Positions 41,771 through 51,866 are shown, numbered from the stretch's first letter. The stretch is 64,000 nucleotides of DNA from Tagaea sp. (GCA_965279525.1 CBDIIB010000005.1:736001-800000); one strand, 5' to 3'. Program-made: numbers and translations. The notes: generated by a model from the sequence alone, not told the origin.

Positions 41771-43246
41771 ATGCCCAGATATTCCGACATCACGCGGACC
41801 ATCGGCCGCACGCCCGTCGTGCGCCTGTCGAAACTCGAACCCGCGCATGTCGAACTCTACGCGAAGATCGAAGCCTTCAACCCGATGGGGTCGGTCAAGG
41901 ACCGGCTGGCGATCGCGGCGATCGAAGACGCGGAGCGCACCGGCGCGCTCAAGCCCGGCCAGACCGTGATCGAGGCGACCAGCGGCAATACCGGCATCGG
42001 GCTTGCGATGGTCTGCGCGCGGCGCGGCTACCCGCTCGTCATCGTGATGGCGGAGAATTTCAGTGTCGAGCGGCGCAAGCTGATGCGCTTCCTCGGCGCG
42101 AAGGTGGTGCTGACCCCCGCCGCCGAACGCGGCAGCGGCATGCTTGCCAAGGCAGTCGAGCTTGCCGGGAAGCACGGCTGGTTCCTGACCCGCCAGTTCG
42201 AGAACGAGTCCAACGCCGACGCCCATTCGCGCACCACGGCGCGCGAGATCATCGACGATTTCGCCGGCGAACGGCTGGACTGGTGGGTGACCGGCTTCGG
42301 CACCGGCGGCACGCTCAAGGGCGTGGGCCGCGTGCTGCGCGCCGAACGGCCCGACACGAAGATCGCCGTGTGCGAGCCGGACAATTCCCCGCTGCTGGGC
42401 AGCGGCCTTGACCAGAAGCTCGACGCCGACGGCGCCCACCCCGCCTTCCGCCCGCATCTGATGCAAGGCTGGAGCCCGGACTTCATCTCGAAGCTGGCGG
42501 CCGACGCGGTCGCGGCCGGCTATGTCGACCGCATCGCACCCATCCCCGGCAAGCGGGCCCTGGACGTCACGCGCGAGCTTGCGACCAAGGAAGGCATTTT
42601 CGCCGGCATCACCGGCGGCGCCACGCTGGCCGGTGCCCTCGACATCTGCCGGAGTGCGCCGGCGGGAAGCAGCGTGCTGTGCATGCTGCCGGACACCGGC
42701 GAGCGCTATCTCAGCACGCCGCTGTTCGCCGACATGCAGGCCGACATGGACGCCGAGGAAACGGAAATCTCGCGCTCGACGGCGAACTACCGCTTCGACG
42801 TGCGCCCGGCACCCGCCAGGCCCGCGGCACCCGCGCCGCAGGTTCCGGTCACGGCCGACGCGACTTCCTTCGTCGAGAACGTGCTGGGCGACGCCAGCCG
42901 GCCCGTCGTCATGTTCGCGCTGGAATGGTGCGAATTCTGCTGGGTCGCGCGCAAGCTGCTCGCGCGCATCGGCGTCGACTACCGCTCGGTCGATCTCGAC
43001 TCGGTCGAATTCCAGAAGGACGACCGCGGCGGCGACATCCGCCGCGCGCTGATCGCGAAGACCGGCATGAAGACCATTCCGCAGATCTTCATCGGCGGAA
43101 AGCTTGTCGGCGGCAGCACCGATCTGCTCGACGCCTGGAAGCAGGGAAAGGCGCAGGCGATGCTGAAGGAATCGTCCGTCGCGTTCGACACGCCCGCCGG
43201 CCTCGACCCCGATTCATTCCTGCCCGGCTGGCTGCAGGCCCGCTGA
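41771..43246 (+). CDS. cysK: Cysteine synthase-like enzyme fused to C-terminal glutaredoxin
   Basis: CysK motifs plus WCEFC, KTIPQIFIGGKLVGG. Confidence 0.92.
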   Translation: MPRYSDITRTIGRTPVVRLSKLEPAHVELYAKIEAFNPMGSVKDRLAIAAIEDAERTGALKPGQTVIEATSGNTGIGLAMVCARRGYPLVIVMAENFSVERRKLMRFLGAKVVLTPAAERGSGMLAKAVELAGKHGWFLTRQFENESNADAHSRTTAREIIDDFAGERLDWWVTGFGTGGTLKGVGRVLRAERPDTKIAVCEPDNSPLLGSGLDQKLDADGAHPAFRPHLMQGWSPDFISKLAADAVAAGYVDRIAPIPGKRALDVTRELATKEGIFAGITGGATLAGALDICRSAPAGSSVLCMLPDTGERYLSTPLFADMQADMDAEETEISRSTANYRFDVRPAPARPAAPAPQVPVTADATSFVENVLGDASRPVVMFALEWCEFCWVARKLLARIGVDYRSVDLDSVEFQKDDRGGDIRRALIAKTGMKTIPQIFIGGKLVGGSTDLLDAWKQGKAQAMLKESSVAFDTPAGLDPDSFLPGWLQAR

Positions 43247-43254
43247 AGGCGGCG

Positions 43255-44133
43255 TCAGGCGTCCGGCCAGCGGCGGTGCAGCCACAGCCACTGGCCGGGA
43301 CGCAGGCGCACCCAGCGTTCGATCTCGGCGTTGACGGCGCCAAGGACCGTCATCCGGTCGGCCGCCTCGTCGCCGGTCGCCGGCAGCGGGACCGGGCCGG
43401 TCAGCGTGATGCGGAAATAGGCGCCGCCCAGCCGTTCGAGCTGCGCGCCGATCACGATGCAGTCGTAGCGCAGCGCCAGCGTGGCGATGGCCGGCGCGGT
43501 CATCGCGTCGGCACCGAAGAAGGGCACGGCCACGCCGTCGTTCATCTTCTGGTCGAGCAGCATGCCCAGCCACTCGCCCTTCTTGAGCGCTTCCATGGCG
43601 AGCCTGGCGCCCTTGCGGCCCTTCGGGACCAGGCCCGCGACCGAGCGGCCGCGCCGGGCGCGCAGCAGCATCTCGACATAGCGGTTGTTGGCCTCGCGAT
43701 AGACCGCGTGCAACGGATGGCCGAAGCGCGTGGTCAGCATGGCGCCCAGTTCCCAGTTGGCCTGGTGCGCGCCGAAGAAGATGACCGGGCGGCCGCTTTC
43801 GGCCGCCGCGCGCACGATCTCGCCGCCGACGATCTCGACGCGGGGGGCCTCGCCGACCGAGCCGATGTCGTCCAGATGCGGATACTCGGCCGCGAGCCGG
43901 CCCAGATTGTCCCACATCTCCACGACCGCGGCCTCGATGCCGGCTTCGCCCAGCTCGGGCAGGAAGCGGCGCATGTTGCGCCGGGCGCGTTCGCTGAGGC
44001 GGATGCGCGGGCCGATCATGCGCCCGGCAAACCCGCCGATCGCGGACGCCACGTCGACCGGCAGGATCGCGAGCGACCAGTAGCAGATCAGGATGGCGCC
44101 GGCCTCGGCCGCATGACGGATGCGTCTCAGCAT
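43255..44133 (-). CDS. Lipid A lauroyl/acyltransferase (LpxL/HtrB family)
   Basis: HQANWE, LLDQK, PFFG, PGQWLWLHRRW. Confidence 0.92.
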   Translation of the reverse strand: MLRRIRHAAEAGAILICYWSLAILPVDVASAIGGFAGRMIGPRIRLSERARRNMRRFLPELGEAGIEAAVVEMWDNLGRLAAEYPHLDDIGSVGEAPRVEIVGGEIVRAAAESGRPVIFFGAHQANWELGAMLTTRFGHPLHAVYREANNRYVEMLLRARRGRSVAGLVPKGRKGARLAMEALKKGEWLGMLLDQKMNDGVAVPFFGADAMTAPAIATLALRYDCIVIGAQLERLGGAYFRITLTGPVPLPATGDEAADRMTVLGAVNAEIERWVRLRPGQWLWLHRRWPDA

Positions 44134-45089
44134 CGGACCAGCCCCGTCTCGACGAGCTTTGCGAACGCGGCCGGATCGGCGAAGCGCAGCGTGACGTCGA
44201 GCGCGGAAATGTCCGCACGCGAAGCCGCAGGCAGGCGCACGAGATCCTTGCGCGTCGTCACGAGCCGCGCCCCCAGCTGCTTCGCATCGGCCCGCAGCGC
44301 CTCGATCTCGGCCGCCGAATAGGGATGGTGGTCGGCAAATTCGCGCGTCGCGGCGATTTCGGCCCCGACTGACTTCAGCGTGTCGAAGAACTTAGACGGC
44401 CGGCCGATGCCGGCGAAGGCGAGCACGCGCGCACCCGACAGGTCGTTCGGCTCGGGGACGAGATCGGCGCGAAGCACCGGCAGGCCCGTCGCCGCACCCG
44501 CGGCGAACCGGTCCTCGCCGATCACGACGCACGCCTTGGCGCGTGCCGCACCCGAAGCGACGGGTTCGCGCAGCGGTCCCGCCGGGAACACGTAGCCGTT
44601 GCCGAAACCCGCGGCCCCGTCGACGACGATCAGCGAACAGTCCTTGGCAAGACCGGGATTCTGGAAGCCGTCATCCATCACCAGCACGTCGGCACCGTCG
44701 GCGATCGCCTGGCGCGCACTTGCCACGCGGTCGGCGCCGACATGCACGTTCGCGATCTGCGCCAATAGCAGCGGTTCGTCGCCCACGCGCGCGGCATCGT
44801 GAAGGGCCGGATCGACGCGCAACGGCCCGCGCTCGGTCCCGCCATAGCCGCGGCTGAGGATCGCCGGCTTGCGGCCAAGCACCAGCAGCTCGGCCACGAG
44901 GGCCGCGACCGTCGGCGTCTTGCCGGCACCGCCGAGCGTGAGATTGCCGGCACAGAAGACCGGAACGGGTGCCCGCCACGGGCGCGCGAAACGGATGCGC
45001 GCGGCGACACCCAGCGCATGCACGGCACCCAGCGGCGCGAGCAGCGCGCCAAGCCCGTCGTCCTTCGTCCAGAATTCAGGGGCGCGCAT
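44127..45089 (-). CDS. lpxK: Tetraacyldisaccharide 4'-kinase
   Basis: GNLTLGGAGKTP, SRGYGG, GDEP, MDDGFQN, FADHH. Confidence 0.96.
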   Translation of the reverse strand: MRAPEFWTKDDGLGALLAPLGAVHALGVAARIRFARPWRAPVPVFCAGNLTLGGAGKTPTVAALVAELLVLGRKPAILSRGYGGTERGPLRVDPALHDAARVGDEPLLLAQIANVHVGADRVASARQAIADGADVLVMDDGFQNPGLAKDCSLIVVDGAAGFGNGYVFPAGPLREPVASGAARAKACVVIGEDRFAAGAATGLPVLRADLVPEPNDLSGARVLAFAGIGRPSKFFDTLKSVGAEIAATREFADHHPYSAAEIEALRADAKQLGARLVTTRKDLVRLPAASRADISALDVTLRFADPAAFAKLVETGLVRC

Positions 45090-46371
45090 CGCGAACCGCC
45101 TCCGGCCCCAGATGTGCCAGCACGGGACCCAGTGCCGCGACGACGCGCTCGACCGTGCCGGCACCGCGTGCCGCGAACGCGCGCGCCGCCGTGCCGTCCT
45201 TCGCGACGAGAGCCGGATCGGCGAGACGTGCGCTTGCCCATGCGCCAAGGGCGGCGGCATCGGCGACCGGCGTGGCCGCTTTCGCGGCGACGAGATCGGC
45301 CGCGAGCTCGGAGAAATTCTCCATCGACGGGCCGAACGCGATAGCGGCCCCCAGCCTTGCGGGCTCGAGCGGGTTATGCCCGCCATGCGGTTCGAGCGAA
45401 CCGCCGACGAACGCGACGGGGGCCGCGCGATAGAACAGGCCGAGCTCGCCCATCGTGTCGGCGATATGCACGTCCGAGCCGCCCGGCGCTTCGCCCGCCG
45501 CCCGGCGCGTGGCTGTCAGACCCTTGGCCGCGGCGGCCTCGGCCATCGCGGGCCCGCGCTCGGCATGGCGCGGCACGAGAACGAGCAAAGCGCCGCTGCC
45601 CGACGCCTTGACGCGCACCTGCGCATCGAGGACCGCGTCGAGTTCGACGGGATGGATCTGTGCCGCAAGCCAGCGCGCGCGCCCCTTGAGCGAAGCCTCG
45701 AAGGCCGCGAGTGCCGTCGCATCGGCGCCAAGTTCGGGCGCGTCGTGCTTGAGGTTGCCGATCGTGGCGACATGGGAAAGACCGAGGCCCTGCAGGCGTC
45801 CGGCATCGGCGGCACTCTGCGCCAGCGCCACGGCGAACGCCTCGAAGGGGGGTGCGAACACCGCTTTCGCCTTCGCCCAGCGCGCGGCCGAGCGTGCGGT
45901 CAGGCGCGCGTTGACGAGCGCGGCGGGAATCGCGCGCCGCGCGACCTCGCCCAGCAGGTTGGGCCACAGCTCGCTTTCCAGCCACAGCACCGCGTCGGGC
46001 CGCCAATGGTCGAGGAAACGGCGCACCCAGCGCGGCACGTCGAGCGGCACGTACTGGTGGAAGGTGCTGGATCCGTCAAGCGCCACAGCGAGCATCTCGG
46101 CCGAGCTGCGCGAGCCGGTCGTCACCAGCACGTGGAGATCGGGGCGCGTGGCGCGCAGGCGCGCGATCAGCGGCAGGATCGAGCGCGCTTCGCCCAGCGA
46201 CGCGCCATGCACCCACAAGAGCTTGCCCGACGGGCGCGGCCGGCCGGCAATACCCTTGCGCTCGCCGATGCGGGCAGGATCCTCGCGGCCGGCCGCACGC
46301 CGGCGCTTGAGCAGCAGGTTCAGTGCCGGCTCGGCCAGCATCGCAAGTCCGCGATAGAGTGCGCGCGTCAT
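45076..46371 (-). CDS. waaA: Kdo transferase
   Basis: WVHGASLGE, ESELWPN, VPRHAER, DTMGEL, GGHNPLEP. Confidence 0.95.
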   Translation of the reverse strand: MTRALYRGLAMLAEPALNLLLKRRRAAGREDPARIGERKGIAGRPRPSGKLLWVHGASLGEARSILPLIARLRATRPDLHVLVTTGSRSSAEMLAVALDGSSTFHQYVPLDVPRWVRRFLDHWRPDAVLWLESELWPNLLGEVARRAIPAALVNARLTARSAARWAKAKAVFAPPFEAFAVALAQSAADAGRLQGLGLSHVATIGNLKHDAPELGADATALAAFEASLKGRARWLAAQIHPVELDAVLDAQVRVKASGSGALLVLVPRHAERGPAMAEAAAAKGLTATRRAAGEAPGGSDVHIADTMGELGLFYRAAPVAFVGGSLEPHGGHNPLEPARLGAAIAFGPSMENFSELAADLVAAKAATPVADAAALGAWASARLADPALVAKDGTAARAFAARGAGTVERVVAALGPVLAHLGPEAVRDARP

Positions 46372-47033
46372 GCCGGTGCCATGCCGGCCATGCGGTCGGC
46401 CTGTTCGCAGATCGCGTCGAGGCGCGTCTCGATGTGGCGGGCGAACGCGTCGAGCTCGCTCCGGGCCGTGGGCGGCTCGACGACTTCCCAGATCATCGTC
46501 CCGCGTCCGAAAGGGAACGGCACGAGGAAGCGGTCCCACGAGCCCATGAATTTCCCGCGCGTCGAATAGGCCATCAGCACGACGGGCGCCTGGCCCTTCC
46601 ATGCCGCGATCGCGATGCCGGGGGCGGCCTTGCGCGCCGGGCCGCGCGGCCCGTCGGGCGTGACGCCGATGTTTATGCCGCGCTTCATCAGATCGAGCAT
46701 CTCGCGCAGGGCCGCCGCCGCCCCGCGGTTCGTCGAGCCGACGATGGCACCGATGCCGAAGCGCGCCACCGTCTTCGAGATCAGCCGCCCGTCGCGGCTC
46801 GCCGAGATCAGCATGTGGATCGGCGAGCGGCGCGCCCAGATCGGCGCCATCAGGAAGATGCGCTGGTGCCAGAAGCACACGATGCACGAGCGTCCGGCAC
46901 GCGCCAGCGCCTGCGGTCCGCCCTCGCCAAGGACGGTCCAGCGTGTCGTGCGGTGGACGAACCACATGTAGGCGGCCACCAGCCCGGCGATCAGGCTTAG
47001 GCCCCTGTCGGAGCGGAGGAATTTCTTGAGCAA
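46368..47033 (-). CDS. DUF374 lysophospholipid acyltransferase family
   Basis: FWH, SASRDG, TPDGPRGP, SWDRF. Confidence 0.9.
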   Translation of the reverse strand: MLKKFLRSDRGLSLIAGLVAAYMWFVHRTTRWTVLGEGGPQALARAGRSCIVCFWHQRIFLMAPIWARRSPIHMLISASRDGRLISKTVARFGIGAIVGSTNRGAAAALREMLDLMKRGINIGVTPDGPRGPARKAAPGIAIAAWKGQAPVVLMAYSTRGKFMGSWDRFLVPFPFGRGTMIWEVVEPPTARSELDAFARHIETRLDAICEQADRMAGMAPA

Positions 47034-47200
47034 TTCCGGTCAGGACCGTTGGGAACGGGAGAATCGGGCGAAAGAACACGGTTCGTGGGTCGAGCGCAAG
47101 TGGGCCGGACTTCTTGCGGCCCGGCCCCGTTGTGCCGGCTCCTCCCGGCGTCCATAATTCGGCCGCGAATCGCATCCGATTCGCACGGCGGAGTGCGTGC

Positions 47201-47686
47201 TTGACCGACCGGCCCGATTTCAAGGAACCGAAACTCGCCGCGCTCTGGGACTACTGGGCGGCGCGGAAAGCTGCCCGGCGCTATCCCGACCGCGCCGATT
47301 TCGATCCCGTCGACATGCGCCCCTGGCTCGGCCACCTGATGCTGGTCGAGCTGGTCGAGGGGCGCTGGGTCTACCGGCTTTACGGCACCTATTTCGTCGA
47401 GACGTTCCGGCGCGAGATGACCGGCAAGGGCATCGACGAGCTGCCGGCCGAGCAGGCGCGCGTGCTGCAGGAAGAATACGACGCCGTGCGCGCGACCGGC
47501 GAGCCGGTCATGCGCACCTATTCGGCGCAGTTCGATTTCGGCACGCTCGACGGGCGGCAGAGCTGGCAGCTCGACCAGACATGGGAACGCGTGTCGTTCC
47601 CGCTGTCGGATGCCGCCGCAGGCCCCGGCGGCGACGTGCGCCTCGTGCTGGTCGGCGCCTATCTCGTGGGCGGCCGCGCGGCCTAG
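47201..47686 (+). CDS. PAS_5-type domain protein
   Basis: LWDYW...PDRADFDP, YRLYGT, TGK; TTG start inferred. Confidence 0.8.
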   Translation: MTDRPDFKEPKLAALWDYWAARKAARRYPDRADFDPVDMRPWLGHLMLVELVEGRWVYRLYGTYFVETFRREMTGKGIDELPAEQARVLQEEYDAVRATGEPVMRTYSAQFDFGTLDGRQSWQLDQTWERVSFPLSDAAAGPGGDVRLVLVGAYLVGGRAA

Positions 47687-47703
47687 TCACAAACTCGGCA
47701 GGG

Positions 47704-48831
47704 TCACAAACTCGGCAGGACGCGGGCGAGGCTCGTCATGCTCGCACTGCGCAGTGGCAGGAACGTGCGGCCCATCCGCCGGCAGGCGGCCTTCAGCTTC
47801 AGGCAAGCGCCGTGCGACACGCAGTCGATCGCGCAAACGACCGTGTCGGCCTGGGAGACCAGCCCGTCGATGGCGCCCAGGCTCTGCTCGATCCCGCCGT
47901 CATGGTGCAGGAAGGCGCCGCGATGGCGTTCGACCGCATCGCGCAGATGCGCCCGCTGGTTGGGCCGGCCGCCGACATAGAGCACCGTGCGGCCGGAAAG
48001 ATCGACCGGCACGCCGGCGGCCGCCGGCATCGCCCGCAACCCGTCGTCGGCATTCGGGAGGCCGTCGGATTCCTGCAGGCGTTCGAGCTGCGTCTCGGCG
48101 GCGCGCGCCCGCGCACGTTCGCTCGAAAGCTTGCGCTGCAGGGACGCGATCAGGCGTTCGGATTTCGCGTTGGCCGGCCGTATGCCGATTGCCGGTGCGG
48201 CCGGCATCGCGCGCCGCGCGAGCCGTGCTTCGAGTTGCGCGATCGTCGCGTCGCGCCGGGCAAGCGATTCGTGCATGTCGATGCGCGTGCGTTCCAGGCG
48301 CGCCTCGCTGTCGCGCAGGCGCAGCGTCAGCGCGTCGAGACGTGCGAGATCGGCGATCCGCGCCGAGCCGTTGAGGTGCGAGAGCATGTGCACGTCGCCG
48401 TAGATCTCGCCGGTCGTGGGCCCGTCGATCGCCGGATGCGTCATCAGCGCCCAGAAGGCCGGCGCGATGCGGCCCTTGGCGCGGCTGTCGCGCCAGTGCG
48501 CGAGAAGGGCCGCCGGACTGTCGAGTGCGCGCGTGCGCGCGATTTCGCCCGCGTGCAGTTTGTCGAGCAGCTTGCCCAGATGGCGCGAGAGCGGGCCCGG
48601 CTTGGCGCAGGACGACACGCAATAGACATGCAGCGAATAGTCGTCGGTTCCAGGTGCGATCGTCAGCCCGGCCTTGCGCACGACGCGGCGCAGGTCCTCG
48701 ATCGACAGGCACGTGCCGACGATCGCGCAATGCTGGCCCGGCCCCAGATCCCAGATCCGGTGGCGGGCACCACCCGCATTGGCTTCGGGCGCCACGACGG
48801 GCGGATCGCCAGGGCGCCACGCGGCACCCAT
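47704..48831 (-). CDS. DUF2325 domain protein
   Basis: HCAIVGTCLS, FWALMTHP, GDVHMLSH, LYVGGR...HHDGG...DCVSH. Confidence 0.88.
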   Translation of the reverse strand: MGAAWRPGDPPVVAPEANAGGARHRIWDLGPGQHCAIVGTCLSIEDLRRVVRKAGLTIAPGTDDYSLHVYCVSSCAKPGPLSRHLGKLLDKLHAGEIARTRALDSPAALLAHWRDSRAKGRIAPAFWALMTHPAIDGPTTGEIYGDVHMLSHLNGSARIADLARLDALTLRLRDSEARLERTRIDMHESLARRDATIAQLEARLARRAMPAAPAIGIRPANAKSERLIASLQRKLSSERARARAAETQLERLQESDGLPNADDGLRAMPAAAGVPVDLSGRTVLYVGGRPNQRAHLRDAVERHRGAFLHHDGGIEQSLGAIDGLVSQADTVVCAIDCVSHGACLKLKAACRRMGRTFLPLRSASMTSLARVLPSL

Positions 48832-48832
48832 G

Positions 48833-49027
48833 TCAGGAATCCCCGCTGCGCCGGCGCGTGCAGCCGCCCTGCGCGCGGCAGTCGATCAGGCTGCCGCCCA
48901 GCGCCAGCAGCACGAGCATCGCCACGCCGGCCGCGACACCCGCTTCGGTTATCCGCCCGTCGCGATGCCGCCGGCCCGCGAGGCGGGCCAGGAACAGCGA
49001 ACCGACGATTGCGATGAGTGAAAGCAT
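48833..49027 (-). CDS. Small membrane protein (hypothetical)
   Basis: Two hydrophobic segments; lies between a Fur-like box and DUF2325. Confidence 0.45.
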   Translation of the reverse strand: MLSLIAIVGSLFLARLAGRRHRDGRITEAGVAAGVAMLVLLALGGSLIDCRAQGGCTRRRSGDS

Positions 49028-49059
49028 CCTGGGGGCAGGATTGCGGCTTGCCGGTCATC

Positions 49060-49083
49060 TGTCAATGCAAATGATTCTCAATC
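49060..49083 (-). promoter_or_regulatory. Fur-like box overlapping a TTGACA -35
   Basis: AATGCAAATGATTCTCAAT; TGTCAA at 49060. Confidence 0.65.
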
Positions 49084-49090
49084 GCGATAT

Positions 49091-49906
49091 CTAGCGCGCG
49101 ATGAAATCGGCGATCGCGTCGACGGCTTCCCGCTCGATGCCGAAGAAGCCGTGCGCCGACAGCGCGTCGCACGGCTCGGATTCCGGCGGCAGGCCGCCGT
49201 CGACGATCCGCGATGCCGTGCGCCGCGATCCGGTGAAGCGGCGCACGAGTTCCGGGATGTCGCCGGGCGGCGTGCTCCAGCAGCCGTCGGCCGCGTGGCC
49301 AAGCACGAAGACCGGCACGCCCACCCGCGCAAGCGCGAAATCGCGGATGCCGCCGGGCTCGGGCAGCCAGTTGGGTCCGTTGCGGATCGGCCGCGTGATG
49401 CTCGAGGTCAGCACCAGCCCGTCGATGCCGGCCCCCAGCGACACCGCGGCGGCGGCGGCACTGACCGTGCCCATGCTCGTGCCGACGAGCCAGACCGGCA
49501 GCTTGTCGGGCCCGCGCAATGCCGCGACCGCGGCGGCCACGTCGGCGGCGTGCTCGGGCGAGCGGCGGAAGACGGCCGTCATCCCGCGCTCGCGCATCTC
49601 GTGGGGAACGTCGATGGCGCCGACGCGCAGGCCGCGGGCGGCGAAAAGCGCGCGCGCGCGCAGCAGGAAATTCCCGCGCGCGTAGCGTTCGCCCAGCGGC
49701 GTGGCGGAATTGGCCCACAGGCGGATGTTGCCTGGCCCGCCGTTGAACAGCAGGACCGCGGCGTGCGGCCGCGTTTCGGGTTCGACGACGAGCAGACGCA
49801 CGTCGATCCCCGGCCGGCCGGGGAATTCGTCGATGCGCTGCGTCTGGGCGTGCGCGGTCCCGGCCACGAGGACGAGGAAGACGGCGAGGAGCGCGCGCAT
49901 GGCCAT
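49091..49906 (-). CDS. Exported alpha/beta hydrolase
   Basis: Signal peptide, GNFLLR, GTSMG nucleophile elbow, HGFFG. Confidence 0.85.
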   Translation of the reverse strand: MAMRALLAVFLVLVAGTAHAQTQRIDEFPGRPGIDVRLLVVEPETRPHAAVLLFNGGPGNIRLWANSATPLGERYARGNFLLRARALFAARGLRVGAIDVPHEMRERGMTAVFRRSPEHAADVAAAVAALRGPDKLPVWLVGTSMGTVSAAAAAVSLGAGIDGLVLTSSITRPIRNGPNWLPEPGGIRDFALARVGVPVFVLGHAADGCWSTPPGDIPELVRRFTGSRRTASRIVDGGLPPESEPCDALSAHGFFGIEREAVDAIADFIAR

Positions 49907-49919
49907 CAGAACCCCGGCA

Positions 49920-50906
49920 TCAGAACATCGTGTAGACGACCTTGTCGGGCGGGTTGTGCCCGTCGACGAAGCTCTTGATGTTGACGATGACCTTCTCGCC
50001 CATCGCCGCGCGCCCGGCATGCGTGGCCGAGCCGATATGCGGCAGCAGCACGACATTGTCGAGTTCCAGAAGGCGCGCATGCACGTTGGGCTCGTCCTCG
50101 TAGACGTCGAGGCCGGCCCCCGCGATCTCGCGCGCGTAGAGTGCGCGCGCCAGCGCTTCTTCCTCGATCACGGTGCCGCGCGCGGTGTTGACGACGATCG
50201 CGCGCGGGCGCAGCAGCCGGATGCGCCGCGCCGACAGCAGGTGGTAGGTGGCCGGCGTATGCGGGCAGTTGATCGACAGCACGTCGATGTGGCCGAGCAT
50301 CTGGTCGAGGCTTTCCCAGTACGTCGCCTCGACTTCCGTCTCGACCGTCGGATCGGCCTTGCGCCGGTTGTGGTAGTGGATCGACATGCCGAACGCGCGC
50401 GCGCGCCTGGCGACCGCAAGCCCGATGCGCCCCATGCCGACGATGCCCAGCCGCTTTTCCTGGAGGCGCATGCCGAGCATCGCGGTCGGCGCCCAGCCCT
50501 GCCAGCGCCCGGCGCGCACGAGGCGTTCGCCCTCGCCGATGCGCCGCGCCACCGCCAGGATCAGCGCCATCGTCATGTCGGCGGTGTCCTCGGTCAGCAC
50601 GCCCGGCGTGTTGGTGACCGCGATCCCGCGCGCCTTGGCCGCCTCGAGGGCGATGTGGTTGACGCCGGTGCCGAACGACGCGATCAGCTTGAGCTGTTCG
50701 CCGGCATTGTTGACCAGCATCGCGTTGATGTCGTCGGTGACGGTGGGAACGAGGATCTCGGCCTCGGCCATCGCCTTCATCAGCTCGGTCTGGGTGAAGG
50801 GATGGTCGTCGAGATTGAGCCGGCAGTCGAACAGCTCCATCATCCGCGTCTCGATATGGTCGGGAAGCTTGCGCGTGACGATGACGAGCGGACGGCGGCG
50901 GGTCAT
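49920..50906 (-). CDS. D-glycerate/2-hydroxyacid dehydrogenase
   Basis: NTPGVLTEDTAD, GMGRIG, NTARG, LDVYE, PHIGSAT. Confidence 0.95.
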   Translation of the reverse strand: MTRRRPLVIVTRKLPDHIETRMMELFDCRLNLDDHPFTQTELMKAMAEAEILVPTVTDDINAMLVNNAGEQLKLIASFGTGVNHIALEAAKARGIAVTNTPGVLTEDTADMTMALILAVARRIGEGERLVRAGRWQGWAPTAMLGMRLQEKRLGIVGMGRIGLAVARRARAFGMSIHYHNRRKADPTVETEVEATYWESLDQMLGHIDVLSINCPHTPATYHLLSARRIRLLRPRAIVVNTARGTVIEEEALARALYAREIAGAGLDVYEDEPNVHARLLELDNVVLLPHIGSATHAGRAAMGEKVIVNIKSFVDGHNPPDKVVYTMF

Positions 50907-50995
50907 TTGTGCGGCGTGCTCCGGGGCTTGGGCCTGCCGCTCTGGGGTAGCACCGGAAGACGGGAGCGCGCAAACGAAACGGGGCCCCAAACGAA

Positions 50996-51023
50996 ACGGG
51001 GGCGGCCCTTGGGCCGCCCCCGT
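50996..51023 (-). terminator. Flagellin terminator
   Basis: ACGGGGGCGGCCC-TT-GGGCCGCCCCCGT; T-rich tail on the minus strand. Confidence 0.75.
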
Positions 51024-51047
51024 CCGTCTTTGGTATTCCGCCGGAAG

Positions 51048-51866
51048 TTAGCGGAAGAGGCCGAGCAGCACGGACGGCTGCTGGTTGGCGATGGACAGCG
51101 ACTGGATGCCGAGCTGCTGGCGGACCTGCAGCGCCTGCACCGAGGCCGAGGCCTTGCCGATGTCGGCGTCGACGATCGCGCCGAGACCGGTCGTGGTCGC
51201 GTCGACGATCGAGTTCACGAAGCTCGACTGGAGCTTCAGCGTACGCGTTTCCGCCGCGTTGGAGCCCAGCGAGCTGGCAACCGCCTGCGCGAAGGTGTTG
51301 AGCGAGGTGAGCGCCAGCGTTGCCGCCGAAGCCGACGTGACCGACGAACCGTTGAAGGTCGTGAAGGCCGCGTTGACCGAGGACTGCGAGGTCATCGTCA
51401 GCGTCACGGCGTTGGTGTCGGCAAGGAACGTCTTGGCGACCGAGGCGGCCGACAGGAGGTTCGTACCGTTGTAGTTCGCCTGCGTGATGAAGTTGTTGAC
51501 CTGGCTCGTCATCGCGTTGAAGTCGGCGGTGTAGATCGTGCGCTGGTTGGCGCTGATCGACCCGTCGGCGAGCTGCGTGATCTTGGCCTGCAAGTTGCCG
51601 ATGAGGTCGGAGATGTTGGTGAGTGCCGCCTGCGTGACCGAGCCGAGGCCCACGCCGTTGGCGAGCGAGCCCTGCACGGCGCCGTAAGCCTGCAGGTTGC
51701 CGCGGATGCCCTGGGCAACCGAGAAGGTCGACGCGTCATCGGCAGCGTCCGCGACCCGGTATCCGGTCTGGACCTGCTTGGACGAGACATTGAGGGCAGA
51801 CTGAGTCGTGCGCAGCGAGGCCAAAGCCACCATTGCGCCTACGTTCGTATTGATCGAATTCGACAT
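51048..51866 (-). CDS. fliC: Flagellin (minimal, 272 aa)
   Basis: SINTNVGAMVAL, TGYRVADAADD, ANYNGTNLL, DADI...QQLGIQSLSIANQ. Confidence 0.95.
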   Translation of the reverse strand: MSNSINTNVGAMVALASLRTTQSALNVSSKQVQTGYRVADAADDASTFSVAQGIRGNLQAYGAVQGSLANGVGLGSVTQAALTNISDLIGNLQAKITQLADGSISANQRTIYTADFNAMTSQVNNFITQANYNGTNLLSAASVAKTFLADTNAVTLTMTSQSSVNAAFTTFNGSSVTSASAATLALTSLNTFAQAVASSLGSNAAETRTLKLQSSFVNSIVDATTTGLGAIVDADIGKASASVQALQVRQQLGIQSLSIANQQPSVLLGLFR

